From Chara braunii (Eukaryota; Plantae; Charophyceae), in contig BFEA01000025.1 in NCBI GenBank assembly GCA_003427395.1, positions 2,305,151 to 2,369,150 on the forward strand: 64,000 bases of DNA, written 5' to 3'. Position numbers and translations under genes: made by a program. Within the stretch, counting starts at the first letter, position 1. Every line of letters begins with the position of its first letter. Positions 49,029 through 62,175 of this stretch are shown here, one piece after another. The notes under the pieces were generated by a model, which was given only the letters and a program-made list of their open reading frames with translations, was not told the origin of the DNA and ran no database searches.

Positions 49029-49410
49029 CACCCTTCACCACTTGAGGATGCAGCCTGCCTAAACAGGTGGTTTTCAGGGTCTTCAGAACTTTCACCACTT
49101 CATGACCATTCAGGTCTGAAAATCATGAATGGTCCTGAAGTGGTGAAAGCTTCGAAGACCCTGAAAACCACTTGTTTAGGCAGGCTGCATCCTCAAGTGG
49201 TGAAGGGTGGTTTTCATGGTCTTCGGACCTTTCACCACTTCAGGACCATTCAGGACTTTCAGACTGCCAAAAACTCTCACTTGACCACTTCATGACACCT
49301 TTCACCACTTCAGGATGCAACCTGCCCAAACAGGTGGTTTTCAGGGTCTTAGGACCTTTCACCACTTCAGGACCATTCGAGATTTTCAGACTGCCCAAAA
49401 CTCTCACGTC
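49029..49410. repeat. ~83-bp-stem hairpin (49029-49209) followed by tandem copies of the same unit
   Basis: CACCCTTCACCACTTGAGGATGCAGCCTGCCTAAACA...CCATTCA / TGAATGG...TGTTTAGGCAGGCTGCATCCTCAAGTGGTGAAGGGTG. Confidence 0.9.
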
Positions 49411-52400
49411 ATAATTTTCATTCCTGAATTTTCAGCTACCCGATAACGGTTTGTGATCCCGTCGTGATTCCGATTCTCATCGTTGTGTTTATGGCCGCCA
49501 TTACCTTAATTCCCCATGGTCATCGTTATCAGCAAGGCTGAAGTTGCACATGTATTTGGTTGCAGTGCTCGAGTTTGTGAATTTGGTCGTGATGCTTGAA
49601 TCTGTTCGTGATCGAAATTGAGTTCGCATAGGTAGCAAGGCCAGACGCATCAAATAGTGTTATCCCATTTCCATTTGGACAATAGTTAGGAGTAGTGGAG
49701 AGCGAGACAGGAGGGAAGTGTACGAACTTGGACAAAGGGGCTTGCTATATACATGGAAAAAAAATAGAACTAATAAAAAATAATGATGTATCTTCCACGT
49801 TCTAGCGGATTCATTAATTTTTTGTGTTGTTTTTTCATGTATTTTTCCATTTACAGCGAAAAATTCATTATCTTGTTAGTACAAGCATATGCACGCTCCT
49901 TGCAGCCAATGTGAACGTCATTGCCTTGAAGGCGCTCGCTACCACCGCTACTTCGTGGTCGTCCTCCTCGATTTTATATTCACACTAACAGTTATGGCTA
50001 GAGTGATGTTCGAGATGTTGTCTGCTACTGCTCGAGGACATGGTCTTTATGACTGAACCCATGAGAGAGGGGAAAGACCAAGTAGAGAAGCAGGGAAACA
50101 ATGAGAAAAATCGTTAAAAGAGGAGGAAGGCGTTGACAGTGGAGGAAAAAATGGTGATTGTCATCCTCCCCAGTAGCAGTTAATCCTCGTTTTTGTGCTT
50201 TTCACGACGATTTTTCTTATATTGTTTCTTGTGCATGTGATCTTTCTGCCAAATCATGATCCTCCGCCCACTTGTGTTATACATCCCACTCACAATCATC
50301 CTCCTGTTCATATTGCCTGTTTTGTTCACAGTCGTACCTCGCACTGACATAGAGTGAGTTGAGGGGCGGTTAAGTCGAGTTAGTAGAAAAACATTAGAAC
50401 GGAGGTAAAGAAGGTGAGTGAAGTAGGGAAGGAGTGTGATCGTGTTCGTTATCTTTCTGTAATCGTGCACACAACTTTTCAATTTTCTCTGAAATCACGA
50501 TCACAGACGTCCTTGTGACCCGATGTTGCTGCCATAACCACCTTTGTCATCTCCTCCACATCGAGCTCATCTTCAATAATTTTTTTGTCGTGACTCACAT
50601 ATTTTTTTGCTGATGGAATTGACATACCTATCGTGCACGCTGAGAGGACGGGTGGTGAGGCAAGAGCTAAGTGAAAGGGGAACCGAGGGGGGCAAGATTG
50701 CCAGACAAGGGTGAAGACCATTGAGAATCACAACCATTATCATTGCAACCAACTTTTGCTAAAAGTGTTATCGATCACAGTAATTATTATCGAGGTCGTT
50801 TTCTTCATCGATTGCACATATACAAGACATTCGATTGCTGAAGTCGACCGGGCTAATAAGTAGGCTTCCCTTATATTTTCGGCCCCTACTCCGTCCGAAA
50901 GTGTTTAATAGTAATAAGACGTGTGTATCTTCCCATGTTATAACGCGAAATTCATTCTCATTTTTCACATTTGGTGGGTAGTAAAGGTCGGGGCCACTTG
51001 GAGTTGCTGCCTACGTCGTGCACAAGCGAGTTCCCATCGTCTTCGGAGTTTGTGCACCTTCAGTCATTCCGTTGGCGCATATGTGATCAACACCTCGTTC
51101 CCCCCCCCCCCCGCCCCCCCCCATAATCGAGCTTTATTGCACCCCGAAAAACAGCATGGTGTCTGCCTCGCAGCTTCATCCATCCTCCTCTATTATTGGG
51201 TCGTCTTTTGCAGCGCCGCCTACGACGTTATTGCTTTTATGCTCGCACTTAAAGTATTGAGGGAAAACTATACAAAGGGGTTAAGAAAGGAAGGGGAGTG
51301 GCGGAAAACAAGGCGAAGCGACGATAACGAAAAGGGGAGTGAAATGGCTGGGAGAGAGATGGCAAAGTGGATAGCGTGACCTACCTGAGTGTGCACATTG
51401 GACGATGTTGCTTGCCTTTCCTGAAGTTGCATTAATTTGATAGCTATATCAACCAGGTATGTCGGGGTGGAGCCTAATGGCCACAAGTAGTTAACAAGGA
51501 CTCCCATTTTTCGGGTCCAGGTTAACACCCAACATGAAAGTGCATTTGGGGATTTTTTTTAAGTTTTTTCTTTAATGCCCTGTTTTATTTTTGGTCAAGG
51601 TATGTGTATGCCAAGTTTTGTGTTTGTTGGGGCTTTGGAGATGACTTTTTTGGCTAGCCCTGGAAATCCTGAAAAACTAAAAAGAGCGACTTTCGCATGA
51701 AAACACACCTTTCCCTTATGGTTTTATAACCTTTTTTCTCTACCTTTTTACTTTTTTTTGTTGGTTTATCTCGTGTCCGTGGTATGGACTGGTGATAAGT
51801 CTGGCTTGAAAGGTGTGTGGCGTTTGTTATAATGACCCTATCAAACCCTGGAAATTTAGGGTTATGCTAACCTCGTTTCCTAAAGGCAAAGCGGGAGTTC
51901 AGATTGACACACATGTGCATTCACAACAAGTATTATTCCTCTCGCTGTTGTTAGTGTACCCATTCCTCTTTCGAAGTTCCATGCTTCCTTCACGTTTAAA
52001 ATTCAGATATGTATTGACCTTGGAAGTTGCCAACCTATGAGTTGCAGGTATGTTGCTTATGAATTTGCCCACTATACCTGCACGAGTCGGGTCGGGAGTC
52101 TAACTAGGTACAAGTGATGAAAAGTTATAATCAATCATAAAGGAAACACAAGAGCGAAAAAAAAAAGATTGTGGAAGGAAAAAGAGTAGGAGGAAGACAA
52201 GAGGAAAGTTAACGATGGGTTGAAGAGAAGGGGGTTGACTGTTGACTGTAGTAGGAAACTTTTAGCAGCTGTAGCTGACTTCTGCTCGGGGAAGTTGACT
52301 TCTAGCCCTTCAACGAGTGTCTAGCAACTGCAAGGTTTATTCCTAACCGCTTCTCTTGTGCTATCCCGTTACATAGGAATGATTGGCAATGTCTTCTCAC

Positions 52401-52779
52401 CTTGCTTAGACCATTGATTAAACTAATCTTCAACTTCGTGGGACCTCGTGCCACCGACGCGATTGCGAGGAGCTGTGGGAGTCTTTCAAGTTGAGGGGCT
52501 CTGCAGGTAGGAAACGGTGATGTACGTCACTACTCTCCTCCGTTATTGATATATATTTTTTAACTTTATACGAACTAGGATTTATAAACGAACTAACTTG
52601 CAGAAAAATAAGTCTAATAGGGATTTTGATTTAAAGAGAGGTATGAAATGAGTGGTTAGTTGAATTCATTTTGAAAATTGGATTGTTTGTTATTATTATT
52701 GTTTATATGAAAGTTATTACTGTTGTTACTATTGTTTTTACCATTATTATTGATTTTTTTTTTTCATCGTTCGAGTACT

Positions 52780-55425
52780 AACCCACTCTATCGTTCTTGT
52801 CGCAAGGGCGATGGTTCAACAAGATGATTTATTTACTATAAGAGTACTAAGCCGCTTGGCCATTCACGTCGTGAGGGCGATTGAATCCGCCGACTGTTTT
52901 GCCTATCATTTTGATACTAACTCACCCGGTCATTCTCGTCACAAGGGCGATGGTTCGACCGAGTATTTTTGCTTATTATTTTGGTATTAAACGACTTAGT
53001 CGCTCTCCTCTTAAGGTCGATGGTCTGACCGCCTGTTTGTGAATGTGGAAAAAAAAATCAACCCTTCGCCTATTCTCGTCGCAAGGGTGATGGTTTGGCC
53101 GACCACTCTATCACGCTTTTTTTTTTTTTTCCCTTCTTATTCACGACAATAATTGCATATTCATCATGTTGAATTGACTGTATATTTATTTTATTTATCA
53201 ATTATTTTAGACTTATAATACAGAGATTATAAATAAAAGAACAAGTAATACCAATATATGCACACATACCTAGGTTACCAGCCGGGCCGCCCGAGTCACC
53301 CTATTTTTCCCGGGCGGCCCGACCGTGCAAGGACTAGGGAAGGTCCCAACAAAAAAATAAAAATAAAAATAAAATCCATAAATTCTAAAAAAATCCTATG
53401 TTATGCAGAAAACTAAACTGAACAACATTTGCCTCAAGGTCACATCGAAATTCTATAAAAATTTTAAAATACAAATTTAAATAAAAAACTAAGCCACCAG
53501 AGTGGCCTAGGATCATTTGCCCCGCTGGGCCAAAGAGATAAAGAAAAATAAAAATGAAAAAAATATTTTAAACTTCTATTTAAATTTTAAAATTTGGTCA
53601 AAAATTTTGATATGACCATGAGACAAATGCTGTTCAGGTTATTTTTTTGCATAACATAGTTTTTTTTTCGGATTTTTTTATATATTTTTTTCTTTTTGTT
53701 GGGACCTTCCCTTGTCCTAGCACGGGCTGGCCACCCGAGACCCTGGCGGCCCGGCTGGTAGCCTAGTTAAAAAAAATATATTTTTTATTTTTTATTTTTT
53801 ATTTTTTATTTGATTTTTAGCCCAGTCGGGCAAGTGGACCGAGATCACTTTTGTAGCCTAGATAAATGTATAGATATATACATATATATACATATATATC
53901 TCATTAATCTGTTTATTATAATATAATTATATATTAATTTAATTATATAATTTTTATATTGGAATATTGTTACATTTTTCATTCAGCAACACGACTCACG
54001 TCGCAAGGGTGATGGTTCCGTCTTACGAATGGTTGCGTTGACCATCTCCGAAAGGATTGCATGTGTTTCATTTACGTTGCAAGAACGATGGTTTGACTGT
54101 CCGTCCGTACATTTGAGGAAAAGGTTAACCTTTCAACTATTTTCATCACAAGGGTGATGGTTTGGTCAACCACTTTATCATGTGATTTTATTCCAAGAGG
54201 ATTGCATGGGACCCATTCACGTCCCAAGGGCAATGGTCTGGCTGCCTATCTATCCATTTCGGGGAAAGGTCAACTTTTCAGTTATTCTCGTCGCAAGGGT
54301 GATAGTTTGGTTGACCACTTCACCACTCTAATTTTGCTTATATCTCTCACGACAATCATTCGTACGACGATTCACATGACAAGGGTAATGGTCTTGCCTG
54401 ACGAATGGCTGTGTTGACCATTTCTGAAATGATTGGATTAATTTTATTCACATACAATGACGATGGCATGACTTCTTATACGTCCGTTTGAAAAAACTCA
54501 ACGTTTCGATAATTTTCGTCACAAGCAAGACAATTTGACCGAATACTTTATCAGTTTTATTTTACTTATCTCTCTCACTGCAATCATTCGTGCAACAATT
54601 CACATGGAAAGAGCGACGGTCTTACCGCACAAACGATTGTATTGACCATTTCCGAAAGGATTGGATGGGTTTTATTTATACAATGACGATGGTATGACCG
54701 CCTATACGTCCGTTTGGTAATAGGGCGATGGTTTGTCCGACTACTTAGCCATTTTTATTTATTTATATATCTCACGACAATCATTCGTACGACGATTCAC
54801 GTGGCAAAGGCAATAGTTTTGCTGTATAATTAATTGCGTTGACGATTTCTAAGAGGATTGAATGAGTTTCATTCACGTCACAAGGGCGATGAGCTGACCT
54901 TCGATCCATCCGTTTGAAAAATGATTAATTTTTCGACCATTATCACTGCAAGGGCGATGGTTTCGTCGAGCACTTTACCACTTTAATTTTATTTATATCT
55001 TTCAGGTGAATGTTCATTTGACGATTCATGTCGCAAGGGTGATGGTCTTGCCACACGAATAGCTACGTTGACCATTTTCGAGAGGATTGCATGGGTTTCA
55101 TTCACGTCGCAAGAGGGATGGTCTGACTACCTATCCGTCCATTTGAAAAACGGTTAACTTTTCTATTATTCACGATTCAAGGACGATAATTTGGCGGGCC
55201 ACTTTTATTATTTTTATTTTTATTTATGTCTTAAAAGGTAACCGTTTGTGCAAAGATTCACGTCACGATGACAAATATCTTGTTGTATGAGTGGTTGCAT
55301 TGACCTTTTCTAAGAGAGTTGGACGAGCTCCATTCGGGTGACGAGGCCGATGGTGTGACCGCATATCCGTCCATTTGGAAAAATGTCGATCTTTTTGGTC
55401 GATCTCGTCATAAGATCGATGGTTC
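52780..55425 (+). repeat. Degenerate array of the motif CGTCGCAAGGGCGATGGT with a longer higher-order period; interrupted by nested MITEs
   Basis: Motif variants recur every ~60-120 bp across 2.6 kb. Confidence 0.8.
53270..53861. mobile_element. Two CTAG-MITEs: an inner copy (53489-53766) inserted inverted within an outer copy
   Basis: Outer CTAGGTTACCAGCC...GTAGCCTAG is interrupted by inner CTAAGCCACCAGAGTGG...CTGGTAGCCTAG. Confidence 0.85.
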
Positions 55426-57599
55426 ATGCAAACACTTAATCACGTGCCCATCACTGCCATAAGTTTCATCTGAATGGCTAACTCATGATTGTGCTTGTTC
55501 TCAAAGGAGATAGATTAACCTCGTATGTGCTTTACTATGTCACTGAGAATGACTTGAGATTGCTACTCGGACCTTGGGGGGGTTGTTCCGATGAGACTTC
55601 GACTTGATGTGAGTACATGCGTACATATATGCGAATATGATAGAATAACAACAATAATAAATAGTATATTAAAATATTGTTTCCCGAATCCTGTTACTAT
55701 TATAAAACTAGAGCTACAGGTAGATAGGATGAGGATAAGGAATGAACTAAAGAGGAAGCTTCGGGTAGAAGTCTAGCTAGATCAAGGTCCCGAAAGGGTG
55801 CCCGACGAAAATAACGTCCGACTGGGATGCTAATGGGTACAAATTGTCTAGTCGAGAGCTTAGGGTAGGTATAAAAGAACTAAGGTACCTATCTGCGAGT
55901 ATAGTTTGACAAATGGGATTGAAGGACTATTCCTCATGAAGAGGGGATAAATCGTAAAGGTTAGTAACATAGTGGAGTCAATCTTAAAAAAAGTGGGTAT
56001 TTGAAACTTACAGAAATCCAAAACTTTGGATTGGTCTCGTACTAATCGCAAAGTTGCTCCTTCTAACAGATGATGCTACAAAAGGTTTTACGCCTGTTCA
56101 TATTTAGTTAGAAGAGGAGTGGAGAAGGGGTTTAAAAAGAGATTGAAATTAGTTAATAGGCCAGGTTGCCCACTTGCCTGTTTAGCCAACAATGCTTCGG
56201 ACTTCGACTTGGTGTATGCTATGAAGGTCGCAGTACACTCGAGGAGGTCGTGAGAATACTCTGACTACCTCGTAAGGATCTATTTTTATTTTACAATTTG
56301 ATAATATGTCAGTTTCGGCTCGACCTTTGACTCGATTATGAAACCGCACCTAAAAGATTTGAACCCTGTAGGCGAATGGCGTTTCCTCAAGTTTCCATTT
56401 TGACTAACTTGAATGGTTGTTCGAGGGGCTGAGGAAAATGGACGAGTTGGGTAATGACTAAGTTGAAAGTGGTTTGGACAAGGGTGTGAGTCACAGGATT
56501 GGGTATCTAAGGGTTGACCACCTTTTTTACACTCGATATGTGTGAATCTGTTTTTGAAGAATGTGCAGGTAACAACTGGGATCTTCGCTTTTGTAACTTG
56601 GAAAATCCTTGAAAGCATGTGAATATTGTGCGCATTGGTCTGTAAGTCATCAGATGCTTGTGAGAATGACAACTTTGTGCCAACACAACCCCTCAAGCTC
56701 AACTAAACCCTTTGTCCATCACCCCAACCAGACTCACACTTAACGTTTGCTAAGGTCCGTGAGAAAGGAAAGTAAGAAAACTGAGATATTAAAGACATGG
56801 GATAACTGTCCATCTGCTTTATAGTCAGTTTATGTCTGCGGTTGGCGTTTTAAAACCCCTTGACTACCTTTTTAGGGGTACCCCAAAGAAATTTAAAACC
56901 CTTCGTCACATGAAAGAGCGACCCTCGCTACAAGTGATCGTGTCGCCCGCAATGCCTTGTGAGCGAGCCATATACTCGTGATTAAGAAGGTGAAGTCAGA
57001 TCAGACGGCTATTGGTTGGTGGGGTGTCACATTTTTTAGTTATCGGTCGGACGTCTAGCCCATCACCAGAAGAATCGATCTTTTGGGTGACCCATAAGAA
57101 AACCTGGAAAAAAAGGTGTTTCTTGAGACTTGTAGTCATCGCCACCTGCATAACTCAAACGATGATGAACATTTAAACATGATGGGAAACTCCGCCGTTA
57201 TGCATCCCAGTTAACACTTAAGGGTCGCACTTTGCCTTAAGGGCCATGTTTGGTTCCAGATGAAACAAGCGCCGTAAGGCGCCTCGATAAATAATTTCAT
57301 TGCGAATATTTGCTTGATCCAATAATTCAAAGATTGTTTATAGTGTCTCATGACACTGTCCAACCACTAGTACAATTATAGATCAATGACTCGACGGACT
57401 GAACATACGGGACACTCTGTATTGGGTAGTCTCAGTGTATATGTGTTCGCTCCCCACCACACGATTTTGGGCATACAACAAGATTGTGAGGCATTAAATG
57501 TCAAAAGTGAGTTGCGGTTTGGATATCGAAGAGGAACTAGGCAGACGAGAATTGATTGATGAACTACGTCGATAAAAATTAAGTCATGTTGTTCGTTTT

Positions 57600-58730
57600 G
57601 GTGTCCTAGTTGACCGATTTAGGATCGTACTCGAGAGATCAGCGCCTTAGGCGACGACTCGAACTCAGATCCGATTCCAGCATTAACCGCGGGTCCCCCC
57701 TATGCTGCAACATACAAAACGCTGTCCGTTGACCCAACTTTGTGACTCCGAGTAAAACTTGTTGTACGTGGATTGGTGGCTCGGAAGGGATATGCCCACC
57801 TAGGGATGGTGATAACTCTTATGGGTCGAGGTAAGTTATTCCTTGCGGGACGTTTCCTATCTTAGGAGCCTATGAGAGGTATATGTGGCGTTGTCGAGCG
57901 CATCGACTCCCGCATTTTTCACAAAGTGCGGGAATCCTCTCGGCCATGTCACGCAGAAGTTAAACAAAATAATCAAAATCAGAGACAACTTGGGGACGGT
58001 GCATAAATAATCCCGCGGACCCCTTAGACGATCGTGGTTGCATCGTCCCTTCGCTGCTCTAGCCGGGTGCGCCAGCTGTACATTTTGCGGTCCCCTACGA
58101 CAAGATAGGTTCCCGCGGGGCACAACTTGCTTCCCTAAGGGGCTGTCACCACCCTTAGGGGCGTATCCCTGTCGAGCTACTGACCCACATAGGAAAGCTT
58201 TTGAATGCAATCACAGAGGTAGGTCAGCCGAGGGCGTTTGCTCGTTCGCTGTAGTATAGATACACTTGGTTATCGCCCAGCGAACCCAAACATCGTCCGT
58301 TCCTGGGGCGCTGATCTCCTAGGCACGGAGCAAACGTCGGTCGACTAAGACGTTAACCAAGCGTATTTATGTTACAGCGAATGAGCAAACACCCTCGGCT
58401 GACCTACCTCTGCGATTGCATTTAAAGACTTTCGCATGTGGGTCAGTAGCTCGGTAGGGATACGCCCCTACAGGTGGTGACAGCCCCTTAGGGAAGCAAG
58501 TTGTGCCCCGCGGTAACCTATCCTGTCGTAAGGGACTGCGGGATGTACCGTTGGCGCACCCGGTTAAAACGGGGAAGGGACGATTAAACCTCGACCGTCT
58601 TGGCGGTCCTCGAGATTATTTATGCATCGTCCCCAAGTTGTCTCTGATTTTGTTTAACTCCTGCGTGACATGGCCGGGAGGGCTCCCACACTTTGCAAAA
58701 AATGAGGGAGCTGATGCACTCGACAGGTGG
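57600..58730. repeat. Three diverged copies of a GC-rich unit up to ~460 bp in -,+,- orientation; copies 2 and 3 form a ~350-bp-arm inverted repeat
   Basis: GGGCGTATCCCTGTCGAGCTACTGACCCACAT (58160) versus ATGTGGGTCAGTAGCTCGGTAGGGATACGCCC (58436) and GCTCGGAAGGGATATGCCC (57779). Confidence 0.85.
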
Positions 58731-59061
58731 CGCCGTTGCCGGGGATAACAACAAGCTACCGTTGTCCCTAACGGAACGACACTCAGGTATTTTATTGAAT
58801 TATTTTGATTTCAAAGTAACATCTTTTTGAAAATAAGCCTGATGACGTACCGTTATCAAACCTATTTTTAAAAGATAGTTAGATCCATTTCCTTTTATCA
58901 ATACTACATCCTTAGAAGACAAGGTATGAATTGATCTTACCTCGACGAATAGTAGTAAATACCGATATTATTTGTATGCTAACAAGTGAGGGACTTCACG
59001 AGTTATTTCGGCTTGTTACCTTTATGCCTTATCGCTTGCAGGTTAATATTCTCGTAGCGAG

Positions 59062-60086
59062 ATGACGGAAGGTAGCAAGCCGGATGACGGTTCTTGGGAT
59101 AAAATGGAGAAGTTGATTAAACATTCAGAGAGATGATCGAACGGGTGGTAAATGCTACAAAGGTCGATGTTCCAATTTTTTATGGAAATACTGTAGTGAA
59201 ATTTATTTTGTCGTTTGAGCAATTGGCTGCTACTCATGAGTGGGATGAGCAGACGATGCTGAAAAGAGTGGTGTCATGGGTGCATAAAGACATTCGTCGG
59301 GAGGTAGCGAGGCTAGTTTCAATAACCTGAAGTTGAAATGATTTCGATCAAACGATGTTCGACATGTTCCAGCTTGGGAACTGAACTCTGACTCGTGATG
59401 ACCTCCGAAATGTTTATCGTGACAAATATCATAGCTTCGGAAAGTTCCTTTCTGTGTTTGAGCGAGTAGCCCGTCTTGTTCCGGACCTTCCAGAAATTGA
59501 TAAGAGTAGGATGTTCCTCGCAAACGTTTCTGAGGTAAAATCATGAGTTTTATTGAAAGGTGTCAGATCTTCTTTTGTTTGATAGAAGATCCGTGAGAAT
59601 ACTTTGAATGATGATTTTGATTAGGTTCTACATTTGGATTTGAAAAACATGCGTCAACATTTAGTCTCTAATAACAATGCATACCAGTATGATGATCGTA
59701 TTTTGAGAGAACTTTCTTAGGTGAAAGAGTATTTGAAAGTCACGAGAGAAAATTTTTTTGAGCTGACAACCATTATCGGCTTGTCGAAGGAATGTAATAA
59801 TGAGAAGCAGAATGATACAGTCTACTCTGTTGTCAGAAATGTAAGGCATAGACGAGAGGAGGTTCAACCTCGACCTCGGGATGTACTGAAAGTCGTTAAT
59901 ATTCAGTATGCGGTTAAGGACAATCCTGACCATCTTTGCTCTCGACGAGCAGGGAATTGGTGGAAGAAAGTGAGGTGTCACTCTTGTGGTTTGATAGGGC
60001 ATACTCCACGTTATTGTCCGTCTCATCAAAGAGATGATGTGAATATTGTAATAAGTAAGACCCATCAAAGTAGAAAGCAAGGATAG
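59062..60086 (+). pseudogene. Decayed retrotransposon gag-like ORF with CCHC zinc knuckle
   Basis: KVDVPIFYGNTVVKFILSFEQLA (capsid-like start) and CHSCGLIGHTPRYC (59976-60017); multiple stops and frameshifts. Confidence 0.65.
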
Positions 60087-60229
60087 GTTGTTTTGTGAGA
60101 TTTGTAAGCAAATCATTGGTTTGCTGAAATGAACGGATATCCAATGCTGATTGTAGTGAATTTGATATTACTTATAGCAGCGTCTTTTTTTTTTTAGTTG
60201 TCATTTCTCAAACATTGACTGCATGTATA

Positions 60230-60840
60230 ACAGACAAATGTATATTTCTCAGTTATGATTGAACGTAGAGTTGTCCATTCCCTGACTGAAGTTGAATGTA
60301 TGATAGGGCCTATGTGTTTATTTCCCAGTTATCTGGATGTATGAATTTCATGTTAAACTCACATTTCTCAACAAAGGTCTGATGTATGGTGAATGCTCGA
60401 GTTGTCCATTCCCTGACCTGAGTTGAATGTATGGAGGGGCCTATGTATCTATTTCCCAGCTCGTCTCAATGTATGGATTTTAGGCTAATCCCTTATTTTT
60501 CGATACAAGTCGGCTGTATGGTGCACACTTGGGTTGTTCATTCCCTTATTTGAATTGGATGTATGGTGTTCGACCTGTGTATCTATTTCTCAATTTGTAT
60601 TGGATGTATGGATTTCATGGGTGCTTTCCATTTTTCAGCTAAAGTCGGATGTATGGTATACAACCCTTCATTTCGTGGCGATGCTTAGATGTATGAAATT
60701 CAATGTGAATGTTTATTTCCCAGTTTCGACTAGATGTATAATTCTCAGATTGGACTTTCGTTCCCTAAGCTAACCAGATGTATGATATTTAAATATGTCA
60801 GTAACATATTTCTATTTCTCAGCTTAAGTCCGGATATATG
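60230..60840 (+). repeat. Degenerate ~40-bp-period tandem array (GATGTATG core)
   Basis: Recurring TTTC(C/T)CAG...GATGTATG. Confidence 0.7.
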
Positions 60841-61734
60841 GAATCTGTCAGACCTTTTAGAGGAAAATGTTGCTTGAGGTGACACTGAGAATAAATACGA
60901 GTTCATATTGTGGGTATATGACAAAACAAGGATAAAAAATTTTGAAAGAATGATTTTTCTCTAAATGGTTCGTTCAGACTATGGCTGAACAACTTCAAAA
61001 AGTTGATACATTTAGAAGACCTGTCAGGGGTTATTCTTGACTCACAACGCAAGTATCGAATGAATGAATTTCGTTTTGGATCTAGTCGAAGGACTTTCGG
61101 TACCATTTAGAGTGACAAAAATGTTTTAGTGGCCGCCAGTGGGATGATGCTGGGATCATTATGAAAAAGTTCCCTTAAGTTGATGGCTTCAAGGGGATAG
61201 ACCTGAGTCTAAGTTTTGATGTATAATGATGTGAATTAATTTTGTTTCGTTGATGAAAACTTCGGTTTGATTCCGAACGAATGTTTGGTCTGTTGAGTAT
61301 TGTAAATCTTGGTCTCACAAAGATATTTTATAAGAGTTTTAGTTTTGATGGTGAATGACGGGATGTCGTGCAATGGGGTCCGGGAATGCTGCAGGGCAAA
61401 TACCCTGACAAGGGGGTATTCGCCGGGGATTTTTAATGTCGGACGCTGTCCGACTTTTTCGTTGAAGTGAAGATCTTGATGAGACTGACGGTTGCCAAAA
61501 AGTTTATTCATACCTGACATATAATTGAGAGATTAAACGTTTCAAATCATAGTCTGCACCCTTCTGGTGTCCGAGAATAACGTCAATTTCTAGCAGGACT
61601 GCAGAGAAAGCGTGGACATGGAAATGCTAAAGTTAAACCTATTCTACCTAAAATAATGTCGCGCGATTCCGGGCCTAGGTAGGCTAAACAGAGGGATGCG
61701 CCAGAAATGGGGCCGCAGCGTGGGAGAAATATGA

Positions 61735-61765
<31 letters not shown>

Positions 61766-61769
61766 NTGA

Positions 61770-62175
61770 GCCGCGCGGTGTCGAGCGCATCGGTCAGGCA
61801 CGGGGATCTTCCCGGCCGCGTCATATAGGATTTGGCAGGACTTTATCGTGGAGAGCGTTTGCTTCTCCAGCCGATTGCGCCAGCCGTACCTCTTGCGAGC
61901 CCCTACGACAGGACAGGGTCACGCGAGGCACCGCTTACCTCCACCTCGGGAGTTGTCACCATCCCTTAGGTGGGCGTATCCCCGCCGAGCTACTGAACCA
62001 CATGCGAAAACTTTTCGTATGCAATTGCAGAGGTGGCCCAGTCGAGGGCGTTTCTCGTTCGCTGTAGCATAGGGGGTACGCGCGGTCGAATGCTCAAAAT
62101 CGAACCCGCACGTGAATCGACGCACTGGGGGGCTGAAGTCCCAAGCACGACCCAGCGTCGGTCGACTAGGACGCA
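61770..62175 (+). repeat. Fourth copy of the GC-rich unit
   Basis: GGGCGTATCCCCGCCGAGCTACTGAACCACATGCGAAA...CGTCGGTCGACTAGGAC, colinear with 57890-58352. Confidence 0.8.

Noticed and set aside
52780-55425. CRISPR array
   Set aside because: Eukaryotic context, degenerate repeats, mutually homologous spacers, no cas genes.
58840-58870. CTGATGA hammerhead-like box; also minus-strand CTGACGA near 7857
   Set aside because: No correctly placed GAAA, helix II or helix I.
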